DNA of 64,000 nt. Source: Chrysomallon squamiferum (lineage: Eukaryota; Animalia; Mollusca). Location of the stretch: contig CM022676.1 of assembly GCA_012295275.1 (NCBI GenBank), positions 3,906,001 through 3,970,000 on the forward strand. Direction: 5' to 3'. The translations under genes were made by a program, and so were the position numbers. This document shows, piece after piece, positions 26,806 through 39,105 of the stretch. The number at the start of each line of letters is the position of its first letter. Position 1 is the first letter of the stretch. The notes under the pieces were generated by a model that made no database searches, was not told the origin of the DNA, and saw only the letters and a list, made by a program, of their open reading frames with translations.

Positions 26806-26847
<42 letters not shown>

Positions 26848-27229
26848 AATAAATAAATAATTAAATGTAAGATAAAATTAAAATTTTGCGATCATTACCG
26901 CTGCCTCTACTCAAACAACATTTAATTATCATTATATAATCCAGCTCGAATTAACTTGGTTTTCAACAAAACTGACCTTGTTATTTCTTTCACGTTTACC
27001 TAACATTTACTGATAAAATAAGAATGATTGATGCTAATAGGCAGACTTTGAACTGATTGTTGTAAAGAAAAAATTAAAATTTAGCTGATATCACTTATTA
27101 AAACGTTGACATTTTTGATGTTGTAAAAGTAACACTTGTTTTTTCGTCGTTTGCAATTTTGACTGCAACGGTATTTAGAAAACAGACGTAACATATTGTA
27201 AAATGGAAGTTAGCACAAACCGATAACGT

Positions 27230-27287
<58 letters not shown>

Positions 27288-27306
27288 CATAATCATAATA
27301 ATGATC

Positions 27307-27339
<33 letters not shown>

Positions 27340-28279
27340 TCGAAAAATGCAGGAAATTATAGCAAATATATATATATGTAAATATTTACTTTTTTTGCCG
27401 TGTTTGTTTCTTGGTGATGGGAACCTGTTTTTACCACTTTGTGAACTCTACTACCATTTTATAATTAACATTGTGAAAGATTAGTGTTTGCTTTGTTCAT
27501 TTAGATTCTCTGCAGTAATTTTGTAATCGTATTTATTCACTTAATATTTGTGTATATAAATATTATGTTTTATTAATAATTATTATGGTATTATTATTTC
27601 AATTAAACACTGAAATTTGCTGTTCTTGTCTTTATTTTATAGTTGTTTCGAAACGCACATTCAATCACTTATATACATACATACATACATACATACATAC
27701 ATACATACATCCATCCATACATACAAATATATACGTATACGCATGTGCACTCAAAACAGTGTTTGAATGTTAACATTAAACGTAAAGATGTCCGCACAAC
27801 CATTCATATGTCACACAAACGTTCATGCAAATAAAATAACTATACATAATATACACAATAAAATCAATGTATCAGTCTGTCAGTAAAAGCATTTACACAA
27901 ACAGAATTGCTCTCATTCAGAATTTTGGAACGGGACATTTTGGATTTAGTTTCCTAGCACAAACTGCTTAAAGGTGAAAATATTTCACCTGGTAGTTTCA
28001 GTATAAGCATGCCCTAACTATCATTTATACACAGTTATTTTTTTTTAAATAACAATAATAAAAATGTCTAGACTCCAAAACCAGTCCCATTGTACTTGTG
28101 CGTGACTAATTTACTTGACCTTTTATAAATTATTTTCACTTATCAGTAACATAACATATCGTAGATATAATAAATTACATTCAGTTCATACCTGAACAAA
28201 CATGTCATCTTGGCAAATATAGTTCGTGCTGCAATGGGGAATCCCCACAACATTCCAGCTGACGTCGTATCGAAACAAA

Positions 28280-30103
28280 ATGGCGACGAAAGGTGACGGG
28301 TGCGCCGATACGTGCGGCATTTGTTTGAGCAGATTTAACAATCCGAAGATTCTGCCGTGCTTTCATACGTACTGCTGTCAGTGTTTACAGCAGCTGCTTT
28401 CTCAGTCTGGAGAAAACGAACTTAAATGTCCCGCCTGCCGCCACGTTGTGTCACTGCCAGAAGGCGGCGTCACGAAACTACAGACGAACTTTTACGTGGA
28501 AGCGAAAATTGAGAAGAACAGACGCAGCTGTGAAGAGTCGAACTGCGGCATCTGCGAACAGAAAGCAAGTCACGTCTGCCACGAGTGTGACATTCTTTTA
28601 TGTGATTCGTGCGTGAAGCATCACAAGATCATTCCAGCCACTAAAGCGCATGCGCTAATTCTTCTAACCGACGAGCTCGTTATATCGAAAGATGTATTTT
28701 GTGACAAACACAAGGAAGAAAAATTACGATTTTATTGCAAGGTCTGTGAAACTGTTATTTGTCTTTTCTGTAAACTGACTGCTCACGAGCATCATGCTAC
28801 CGTTGACATCAGCGATGTTGTCGTGACGGCTCGTCAAAGTTTGACTAAAACGAAGACGAAATTGGAATCCTGTCTTCGCACAACTGAGAAAACACTGAAA
28901 CTGATAAAGGACGATGAAGCTGCGACACAGTCGTTAATCGAAAACACGAAACAAGAACTGAACAACGTCGCTGACGATGTTGTGAACACCGTTAACCGCA
29001 TTAGACGCGAAGGACTTGCAAAGCTGGAAGACATTGCCAGAGAAAACAACATTAAGAAAGGCAAGGAAGTTGTAGCACGACGTAAACAGTTTCTTAACGG
29101 TCAGGTGAGTCACATAGAAAACATGCTGAGTTATGGTCTCGATAGCGACATCATCACTGTTGACGTGGACATGAAAAACAGATTAGCTGAAGTAGAAAAT
29201 GATTCTTTGGAAGTTCCACGTGGTCGTGATCTAACTGGCGACGTTACCCAACCCCTCGTGCGTATGGAAAGCATTCGACATAAAATCATCAACAGCAGAG
29301 ATGATGATATCAGCACCGTTGCCAGCTTCGAAGAACATGGAAAAGTAAAAAAACAGTTTGTTTGTGGTGATGGTAAAGCAAGTTCCATACACTTAATAAA
29401 GAACGACAAGAAGTACAATGTTGCTTCTGATCAGAAGGTAGACAGCAAAGAGTTTTCAGAAAATGTCAGTGTTTCAAAATTAGGCAGTGATTATTCGGCA
29501 TTGGTGGATACTGTTAAATCTGATGGTGCTATTGCTACAACAGCTGATACTACTAAATTTGGTACTTCTACTGCAACCACTGGTACTACTAAGTCAAAGA
29601 CATGTGAGAAATGTGAGCCTGATAAGATACAAATTCATGCTATAACTAAAACAGCTGCTACTAGTAAATCAAAGGAACTTAAGAAACATAGGTCTGATAA
29701 AATAGAAACTGATACTACTATATTTGATATTGCTACTACAAATGATACTATTAAATCAAATGAACCTGAGAAATGTGTGTCTGATAAAGTAGAAATTCAT
29801 GCTACAACTAAAACAGCTGCTACTAGTAAATCAAAGGAATTTAAGAAACATAGGTCTGATAAAATAGAAACTGATACTACTATATTTGATATTGCTACTA
29901 CAAATGATACTATTAAATCAAATGAACCTGAGAAATGTGTGTCTGATAAAGTAGAAATTCATGCTGCATCTAAAACAAATGCTACTATTAAATCAAAGAA
30001 ACTTAAGAAATGTAGGATAGATAAAATAGAAATTGTAGACTTTGAGCTACCAGTCTGGATTTGCGAAGACCAATATGAAAGAAGAGAAAATACAAAAAAA
30101 TAG
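28280..30103 (+). CDS. TRIM-B3: RBCC plus Thr/Lys-rich repeat tail, lacking the C-terminal NHL blades, 607 aa
   Basis: RBCC nearly identical to B2. TAG at 30101, with the frame staying open to 30388. The NHL remnant is cut near 30444. May be a truncated gene or a pseudogene. Confidence 0.75.
   Translation: MATKGDGCADTCGICLSRFNNPKILPCFHTYCCQCLQQLLSQSGENELKCPACRHVVSLPEGGVTKLQTNFYVEAKIEKNRRSCEESNCGICEQKASHVCHECDILLCDSCVKHHKIIPATKAHALILLTDELVISKDVFCDKHKEEKLRFYCKVCETVICLFCKLTAHEHHATVDISDVVVTARQSLTKTKTKLESCLRTTEKTLKLIKDDEAATQSLIENTKQELNNVADDVVNTVNRIRREGLAKLEDIARENNIKKGKEVVARRKQFLNGQVSHIENMLSYGLDSDIITVDVDMKNRLAEVENDSLEVPRGRDLTGDVTQPLVRMESIRHKIINSRDDDISTVASFEEHGKVKKQFVCGDGKASSIHLIKNDKKYNVASDQKVDSKEFSENVSVSKLGSDYSALVDTVKSDGAIATTADTTKFGTSTATTGTTKSKTCEKCEPDKIQIHAITKTAATSKSKELKKHRSDKIETDTTIFDIATTNDTIKSNEPEKCVSDKVEIHATTKTAATSKSKEFKKHRSDKIETDTTIFDIATTNDTIKSNEPEKCVSDKVEIHAASKTNATIKSKKLKKCRIDKIEIVDFELPVWICEDQYERRENTKK
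29632..29965 (+). repeat. 162-bp (54-aa) in-frame tandem duplication in TRIM-B3
   Basis: actaaaacagctgcta at 29645 and 29807; single copy in TRIM-B4. Confidence 0.9.
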
Positions 30104-31485
30104 AAAGCTAAAAAGAGAAGAAAACAGGTAATATTTGTTAACGATTACAAAGATAAAATTCCAGAACCTGTGCTAGAAAGTAGACATTTGAAGTCAACAG
30201 TGTGCTTTGAAAGTGAAACAGATAAACCATACACCAACCAACTATCACAAGTCTGTGCTGAGAGCGTAGATACAAACAAAGACTGTATAGCCTTCCAATC
30301 ATCACGACAAGTCTGCTCTCTGAGCAATGAAAACAAACCTGAGAGAACTGATACTGACAATGATGAAAAAGGAAAATCCTCATACTGACATCAATTCAAG
30401 ATAAATGTGTAACAGGTAATGATAAAAACTGTGTTCGTATTGAAATGCATTAAAAGAGACTAACATAAACTGTTACCATAGGAACGCCCTACCACAGTTT
30501 GTACCGCTCTTTAGTCGTTATGACGTCAAATCCATTCATGACGTCTAATACCAGGCGTGGACACATCATTCGCTGCATTCTATTTATATATATATATATA
30601 TAGATAGATAGATAGATAGATAGATATAGATATATAGTAACTGCATGAAGAATATTATGAATATTTTGACGTCGTTTCAGGTTCTTGGAATTATAGAAAT
30701 CTATAACGCCTTCAGAAGATAAATCTGAAAACATGTAATTCAATTATCTGGAATACAGATTTCGATAAAAATGGATTCGTTTCGTTCACAGTTATTTTAA
30801 CTGCTGCGACGTGTGTGATATTGATGACGATGATGATGATGAGCCGTAGGAGCAGGTGACGTCGTGTATAATTGTGAAGATGTTCTTACAATTGTAATAT
30901 CAATATAGTTATTATGAAATAGTGGATTTTGTTTCTATACTCTTTGTTATAATTATTATTATTATTGCTGTTACTGTTGTTGTTTAACTGGAAACCATTA
31001 TGATTTAGAAAACGTAGTTTAAATCCCGCTGAATTCTATTTTAGATCTACTGTAATAGGTTACTGTTTTGATTAACTGATTCACTGACTGATTGATTGAT
31101 TGATTAGTTCAATTTTACTTGAGCTATTTATTTATGAAATAGAAGGAAGAGTATTACAGATTAGTAACCAGAAGGAATAAGTATAAAATTAAACGTAATT
31201 TTAGTTTCGTGAATGTTAGGTTAAAGCTATAAGCTAAACAATTGCAGATTATGATCTATGGAGAGATCGGGGTAAAACAATATTTATTATTTTATTCACT
31301 TTTACGATTTCTGAAATCTTGTCTGCTCCTTTAGATAATGTACAACCTCTCCTCGCTTCAAAATATGACTCATAATTTTACAGTTTAGTTCAAGCCTTCA
31401 GGAATCTTTTCTTTTCTTCTTTTTTTTTCTTTTTTTCTTCTTCGTATTATTATTCGGTTTGGTTTCTTGCACTGCAGAATATAAA

Positions 31486-31551
<66 letters not shown>

Positions 31552-31949
31552 AATAAATAAATAAATACTAAATAAACAATTAAATGTAAGATAAAATAAA
31601 CATTTTGCGATCATTACCGCTGCCTATACTCAAACAACATTTAATTATCATTATATAATGCAGCTCGAATTAACTTGGTTTTCAACAAAACTGACCTTGT
31701 TATTTCCTTCACGTTTACCTAACATTTACTGATAAAATAAGAATGATTGATGCTAATAGGCGGACTTTGAACTGAATGTTGATAAAGAAAAAATTAAAAT
31801 TTAGCTGATATCACTTATTAAAACGTTGACATTTTTGTTCTCATAAAAGTGATATTTGTTTGTTCGTCGTTTGCAATTTTGACTGCAATGGTATTTAGAA
31901 AACAGACGTAACACATTGTAAAATGGAAGTTTGCACAAACCGATAACGT

Positions 31950-32009
<60 letters not shown>

Positions 32010-32988
32010 TAATAATAATAATAATAAAATCGAAAAATGCAGGAAATTATAGCAAATATATATATATGTAAATATTTACTTTTTTTGCCGTGTTTGTTTC
32101 TTGGTGATGGGAACCTGTTTTTACCACTTTGTGAAGTCTACTACCATTTTATAATTAACATGGTGAAAGATTAGTGTTTGGTTTGTTCATTTAGATTCTC
32201 TGCAGTAATTTTGTAATCGTATTTATTCACTTAATATTTGTATATATAAATATTATGTTTTATTAATAATTATTATCGTATTGTTATTTCAATTAAACAG
32301 ACATTTGCTGTTCTTGTCTTTACTTTATAGTTGTTTCGAAACGCACATTCAATCACTTATATACATACATACATACATACATACATATATCCATACATCC
32401 ATACATACATCCATACATACATACATAGATACGCATACGCATGTGCACTGAAAACAGTGTTTGAATGTTAACATTAAACGTAAAGATGTCCGCACAAACA
32501 TTCATATGTCACACAAACATTCATGCAAATAACATAATAATAACTATACACATTACATATACAATAAAATCAATGTATCAGTCTGTCAGTAAAAGCCTTT
32601 ACACAAACAGAATTGCTCTCATTCAGAATTTTTGAACGGGACATTTTGGATTTAGTTTCCTAGCACAAACTGCTTATAGGTGAAAATATTTCACCTGGTA
32701 GTTTCAGTATAAGCATGCCCTAACTATCATTTATAAACAATTATTTTTTTTTTTTAAAATAAGAATAACAAAAATGTCTAGACTCCAAAACCAGTTCCAT
32801 TGTACCTGTGCGTGACTAATTTACTAGACCTTTTATAAACTATTTTCACTTATCAGTAACATATCATATCGTAGAAATAATAAATTACATCCAGTTTATA
32901 CCTGAACAAACAGGTCATCTTGGCAAATATATTTAGTGATGCAATGGGGAATCCCCACAACATTCCAGTGACGTCATATCGAAACAAA

Positions 32989-34683
32989 ATGGCGACGAAA
33001 GGTGACGGGTGCGCCGATACGTGCGCCATGTGTTTGGGCAGATTTAACAATCCGAAGATTCTGCCGTGCTTTCATACGTACTGCTGTCAGTGTTTACAGC
33101 AGCTGGTTTCTCAGTCTGGAGAAAACGAAGAACTTAAATGCCCCGCCTGCCGCCACGTTGTGTCACTGCCAGAAGGCGGCGTCACGAAACTACAGACGAA
33201 CTTTTACGTGGAAGCGAAAATTGAGAAGAACGGACGCAGCTGTGAAGAGTCGAACTGCGGCATGTGCGAACAGAAAGCAAGTCACGTCTGCCACGAGTGT
33301 GACCTTCTTTTATGTGATTCGTGCGTGAAGTATCACAAGATCATTCCAGCCACTAAAGCGCATTCGCTAATTCTCCTAACCGACGAGCTCGTTATATCGA
33401 AAGATGTATTTTGTGACAAACACAAGGAAGAAAAATTACGATTGTATTGCAAGGTCTGTGAAACTGTTATTTGTCTCTTCTGTAAACTGACTGCTCACGA
33501 GCATCATCCTACCGTTGACATCAGCGATGTTGTCGTGACAGCTCGTCAAAGTTTGACTAAAACGAAGACGAAATTGGAATCCTGTCTTCTCACAACTGAG
33601 GAAACACTGAAATTGATAAAGGACGATGAAGCTGCGACACAGTCGTTAATCGAAAACACGAAACAAGAACTGAACAACGTCGCTGACGATGTTGTGAACA
33701 CCGTTAACCGCATTAGACGCGAAGGACTTGCAAAGCTGGAAGACATTGCCAGAGAAAACAACGTTAAGAAAGTCAAGGAAGTTGTAGCACGACATAAACA
33801 GTTTCTTAACGGTCAGGTGAGTCACATAGAAAACATGCTGAGTTATGGTCTCGACAGCGACATCATCACTGTTGATGTGGACATGAAAAACAGATTAGCT
33901 GAAGTAGAAAATAATTCTTTGGAAGTTCCACGTGGTCGTGATCTAACTGGCGACATTACCCAACCCCTCATGCGTATGGAAAGGATTCGACATAAAATCA
34001 TCAACAGCAGAGATGATGATATCAGCACTGTTGCCAGCTTCGAAGAACATAGAAGAGTAAAAGAAACGTTTGTTTGTGGTGATGGTAAAGCAAGTTCCAT
34101 ACACTTAATAAAGAGAAACAAGAAGTACAGTGTTGCTTCTGATCAGAACATAGACAGCAAAGAGTTTTCAGGAAATGTCAGTATTTCAAAATTAGGCAGT
34201 GATTATTCGGCATTGATGGATACTGTTAAATCTGATCGTGCTATTGTTACAACAGCTGATACTACTAAATTTGGAACTTCTACTGCAACCACTGGTACTA
34301 CTAAGTCAAAGACATGTGAGAAATGTGAGCCTGATAAGATACAAATTCATGCTACAACTAAAACAGCTGCTACTAGTAAATCAAAGGAACTTAAGAAACA
34401 TAGGTCTGATAAAATAGAAACTGATACTACTATATTTGATACTGCTACTACAAAAGATACTATTAAATCAAATGAATCTGAGAAATGTGTTTCTGATAAA
34501 GTGGAAATTCATGCTGCAACTAAAACACCTGCTACTATTAAATCAATGGAACTTCAGAAATGTAGGCCTCATAAAATAGAAATTGCAGAGTTTGAGCTAC
34601 CAGTCTGGACTTGCGATGAAAAATATGAAAGAAGAGAAAAGAAAAGAAAAAATATAAAGCTGAAAAGAAAAGAAAACAGTTAG
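32989..34683 (+). CDS. TRIM-B4: RBCC plus Thr/Lys-rich tail, lacking the C-terminal NHL blades, 564 aa
   Basis: Paralog of B3. A +2 shift in the A-rich tract 34636-34652 relative to B3. The NHL remnant is cut near 35001. Confidence 0.75.
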   Translation: MATKGDGCADTCAMCLGRFNNPKILPCFHTYCCQCLQQLVSQSGENEELKCPACRHVVSLPEGGVTKLQTNFYVEAKIEKNGRSCEESNCGMCEQKASHVCHECDLLLCDSCVKYHKIIPATKAHSLILLTDELVISKDVFCDKHKEEKLRLYCKVCETVICLFCKLTAHEHHPTVDISDVVVTARQSLTKTKTKLESCLLTTEETLKLIKDDEAATQSLIENTKQELNNVADDVVNTVNRIRREGLAKLEDIARENNVKKVKEVVARHKQFLNGQVSHIENMLSYGLDSDIITVDVDMKNRLAEVENNSLEVPRGRDLTGDITQPLMRMERIRHKIINSRDDDISTVASFEEHRRVKETFVCGDGKASSIHLIKRNKKYSVASDQNIDSKEFSGNVSISKLGSDYSALMDTVKSDRAIVTTADTTKFGTSTATTGTTKSKTCEKCEPDKIQIHATTKTAATSKSKELKKHRSDKIETDTTIFDTATTKDTIKSNESEKCVSDKVEIHAATKTPATIKSMELQKCRPHKIEIAEFELPVWTCDEKYERREKKRKNIKLKRKENS

Positions 34684-36055
34684 TATTTGTTAACGATTAC
34701 AAAGATAAAATTTCAGAACCTGTGCTAGAAAGTAGACATTTGAAGTCAACAGTGTGCTTTGAAACTGAAACAGATAAACCGTACACCAACCAACTATCAC
34801 AAGTCTATGCTGAGAGCGTAGATACAAACAAAGACTGTATAGCCTTCCAATCATCACGACAAGTCTGTTCTCTGAGCTGTGTAAACAAACCTGAGAGAAC
34901 TGATACTGACAATGATGAAAAAGGAAAATCCTCATGCTGACATCAATTCAAAAGCAGATAAATGTGTAACAGAAAATGATAAAAACTGTGTTCGTATTGA
35001 AATGCATTAAAAGAGACTAACATAAACTGTTACCATAGGAACGCCCTACCACAGTTTGTACCGCTCTTTAGTCGTTATGACGTCAAATCCATTCATGACG
35101 TCTAATACCAGGCGTGGACACATCATTCGCTGCATTCTATTTATATATATAGATAGATAGATAGATAGGTAGATAGATAGATATAGATATATAGTAACTG
35201 CATGAAGAATATTATGAATATTTTGACCTCCTTTCAGGTTCTTGGAATTATAGAAATTTATAACGCCTTCAGAAGATAAATCTGAAAACATGTAATTCAA
35301 TTATCTGGAATACAGATTTCGATAAAAATGGATTCGTTTCGTTCACAGTTATTTTAACTGCTGCCACGTGTGTGATATTGATGACGATGATGATGATGAG
35401 CTCTAGGAGCAGGTGACGTCGAGTATAATTGTGAAGATGTTCTTACAATTGTAATATCAATATAGTTATTATGAAATATTGGATTTTATTTCTATATTCT
35501 TTGTTATAATTATTATTATTAGTGCTGTTACTGTTGTTGTTTAACTGGAAACCATTATGATTTAGAAAACGTAGTTTAAATCCCGTTGTATTCTATTTTA
35601 GATCTACTGTAATAGGTTACTGTTTTGATTAACTGATTCATTGACTGATTGATTGATTGATTAGTTCAATTTCACTTCAGCTATTTATTTATGAAATAGA
35701 AGGAAGACGTATTACAGATTAGCAACCAGAAGGAATAAGTATAAAATTAAACGTAATTTTAGATTCGTGAAAGTTAGGTTAAAGCTAGAAGCTAAACAAT
35801 TGCAGATTATGATCTATGGAGAGATCGGGGGAAAATAATATTTATTATTTTATTCACTTTTACGACTTCTGAAATCTTGTCTGCTCCTTTAGATAATTTA
35901 CAACCTCTCCTCGCTTCAAAATATGACTCATAGTTTTACAGTTTAGTTCAAGCCTTCAGGAATCTTTTCTTTTCTTCTTTTTTTTTTTCTTTTTTTTCTT
36001 CTTATTATTATTATTCGGTTTGGTTTCTTGCACTGCATAATAATAATAATAATTA

Positions 36056-36092
<37 letters not shown>

Positions 36093-36461
36093 AAATGTAA
36101 GATAAAATTAAAATTTTGCGATCATTACCGCTTCCTATACTCAAACAACATTTAATTATCATTATATAATGCAGCTCGAATTAACTTCGTTTTCAACAAA
36201 ACTGACCTTGCTATTTATTTCACATGTTTACCTAACATTTACTGATAAAAATAGAATGATTGATGCTAATAGGCGGACTTTGAACTGAATGTTGTAAAGA
36301 AAAAATTAAAATTTAGCTGATATCACTTATTAAAACGTTGACATTTTTGTTCTTATAAAAGTGATATTTGTTTGTTCGTCGTTTGCAATTTTGACTGCAA
36401 TGGTATTTAGAAAACAGACGTAACACATTGTAAAATGGAAGTTTGCACAAACCGATAACGT

Positions 36462-36496
<35 letters not shown>

Positions 36497-37366
36497 TCGA
36501 AAAATGCAGGAAATTATAGCAAATACATATATAAATATTTACTTTTTTTGCCGTGTTTGTTTCTTGGTGATGGGAACCTGTTTTTACCACTTTGTGAACT
36601 CTACTACCATTTTATAATTAACATTGTGAAAGATTAGTGTTTGCTTTGTTCATTTAGATTCTGTGCAGTAATTTTGTAATCGTATTTATTCACTTAATAT
36701 TTGTATATATAAATATTATGTTTTATGAATAATTATTATGGTACTATTATTTCAATTAAACACTGAAATTTGCTGTTCTTCTCTTTATTTTATAGTTGTT
36801 TGGAAACGCACATTCAAACACTTATACATACATACATACATACATATATACATGCATACATACATACATACATACAAATATATACGCACACGCATGTGCA
36901 CTCAAAACAGTGTTTGAATGTTAACATTAAACGTAAAGATGTCTGCACAAACATTCATATGTCACACAAACGTTCATGCAAATAAAATAATAATAACTAT
37001 ACACATTATATATACAATAAAATCAAGCTATCAGTCTGTCAGTAAAAAGCCTTTAAACAAACAGAATTGTTCTCATTCATTCATTATGGTTTAGTTTGCC
37101 TAAACTGCTTAAAGGTTAAAATATTTCCAAATTAGTAAAGAAAATGCCCTAAAAAATTTAAACCAATTAAAATAACAATAATAAAAATGAAAACAAAACC
37201 AGTTCCACAAAAGACTAAACTTGACCTTTTTATAAAACACTTATGTCATCATATCGTAGATATAATAAAAATTCAGTTTTACCTAACCAAACAGGTCATC
37301 CAAATATATGAATTGATGCAATGGGGAATCCCCACAACATTCCAACTGATATCATATCGAAACAAA

Positions 37367-38467
37367 ATGGCGACGAAAGGTGACAGGTGCGCCGATACGT
37401 GCGGCATTTGTTTGAGCAGATTTAACAATCCGAAGATTCTGCCGTGCTTTCATACGTACTGCTGTCAGTGTTTACAGCAGCTGGTTTCTCAGTCTGGAGA
37501 AAACGAAGAACTTAAATGCCCCGCCTGCCGCCACGTGGTGTCACTGCCAGAAGGCGGCGTCACGAAACTACAGACGAACTTTTACGTGGAAGCGAAAATT
37601 GAGAAGAACAGACGCAGCTGTGAAGAGTCGAACTGCGGCATCTGCGAACAGAAAGCAAGTCACGTCTGCCACGAGTGTGACGTTCTTTTATGTGATTCTT
37701 GCGTGAAGCATCACAAGATCATTCCAGCCACTAAAGCGCATGCGCTAATTGTTCTAACCGACGAGCTCGTTATATCGAAAGATGTATTTTGTGACAAACA
37801 CAAGGAAGAAAAATTACGATTTTATTGCAAGGTCTGTGAAACTGTTGTTTGTCTTTTCTGTAAACTGACTGCTCACGAGCATCATGCTACCGTTGACGTC
37901 AGCGATGTTGTCGTGACGGCTCGTCAAAGTTTGACTAAAACGAAGACGAAATTGGAATCCTGTCTTCTCAAAACTGAGGAAACAGTGAAACTGATAAAGG
38001 ACAATGCAGCTGCGACACAGTCGTTAATCGAAAACACGAAACAAGAACTGAACAACGTCGCTGACGATGTTGTGAAGATTGTTAACCGCATTAGACGCGA
38101 AGGACTTGCAAAGCTGGAAGACATTGCCATAGAAAAACAATTTAAGAAAGTCAAGGAAGTTGTAGATCAACGTAAACAGTTTCTTAACGGTCAGGTGAGT
38201 CACATAGAAAACATGCTGAGTTATGGTCTCGATAGCGACATCATCACTGTTGACGTGGACATGAAACACAGATTAGCTGAAGTGAAAAATGATACCTTGC
38301 GAGTCCTATGTGTTGGTGATCTAACTAGTGACATTACCCAACCCCTTGTGCATATGGAAAGCATTCGACATAATATCAACAATAGCAGAAGATATGATAA
38401 AAGCACCGTTTATAGCTTCAAAAAGAAGCACAAGACATTAAAGCTCGTTAAGGAAAGTTTTATGTAG
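37367..38467 (+). CDS. TRIM-B5: RBCC-only ORF, 366 aa
   Basis: RBCC intact; the ORF stops shortly after the coiled coil and is followed by AT-rich degraded sequence. Confidence 0.65.
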   Translation: MATKGDRCADTCGICLSRFNNPKILPCFHTYCCQCLQQLVSQSGENEELKCPACRHVVSLPEGGVTKLQTNFYVEAKIEKNRRSCEESNCGICEQKASHVCHECDVLLCDSCVKHHKIIPATKAHALIVLTDELVISKDVFCDKHKEEKLRFYCKVCETVVCLFCKLTAHEHHATVDVSDVVVTARQSLTKTKTKLESCLLKTEETVKLIKDNAAATQSLIENTKQELNNVADDVVKIVNRIRREGLAKLEDIAIEKQFKKVKEVVDQRKQFLNGQVSHIENMLSYGLDSDIITVDVDMKHRLAEVKNDTLRVLCVGDLTSDITQPLVHMESIRHNINNSRRYDKSTVYSFKKKHKTLKLVKESFM

Positions 38468-38639
38468 AAGTCAAAAGCAAAAACGAGGAACATGCAGAAA
38501 TATATTAATAATAATAATAAAAAATAATAATAACAATAAAATAAAGAACATAATAATAAATTAAAGAAGCAAAGAAATGAAGAAAGTAATTATATAAACT
38601 ATTGCAATGATAAAACTGCAGAATCTGGTCCAGAAAGTT

Positions 38640-39105
38640 CCTGAGAGCACAAATACAAACAAACAGTCTTTACTCTAGCAAATCAACACGCCAGGCCTGT
38701 TCTCCGAGCAATGTAAACAAACCTGAGAGAATTGATACTGACAATGCTGAAAAAGGGAAATCCTCATGCTGACATCAATTCAAGAGGAGATAAATGCGTA
38801 GCAGATCATGGTAAAAACTGTGTTCGTATTGAACTTGCAGAAGGCATTTCAAAGGTCATAAACATCAATCCTTTTTCAAAGCCTGCTGATAAATTCGAGC
38901 CACAGGATGTATGCTGGGGGAACGGTAATGAAATTTACATAGTGGCTCCAGGATGGTTTTTGTGTACCATTTGGAATGAAGAATTCTGAAGAAGCTTGTC
39001 GTATCTGGGAAAATGCTCTCACTGTCTTGTGTTGCTATGGATACTGATGGCATGCTGTGGATTGGACAGACATATGGAGGAGTAGCAGAATGTGAAATCC
39101 ACAAA
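38640..39105 (+). pseudogene. Out-of-frame NHL remnant of TRIM-B5
   Basis: HADINSRGDKCVADHGKNCVRIELAEG...FEPQDVCWG and, after further indels, MDTDGMLWIGQTYGGVAECEIH. Confidence 0.8.

Noticed and set aside
30360-30390. Programmed ribosomal frameshifting at gaaaaaggaaaa
   Set aside because: Not a canonical X XXY YYZ heptamer, it would need a +1 shift, and the downstream NHL is itself truncated or degraded
37187-37366. Upstream extensions of TRIM-B ORFs (18593, 28226, 32920, 37187)
   Set aside because: They differ between copies and are absent in B2; the shared start is MATKGD
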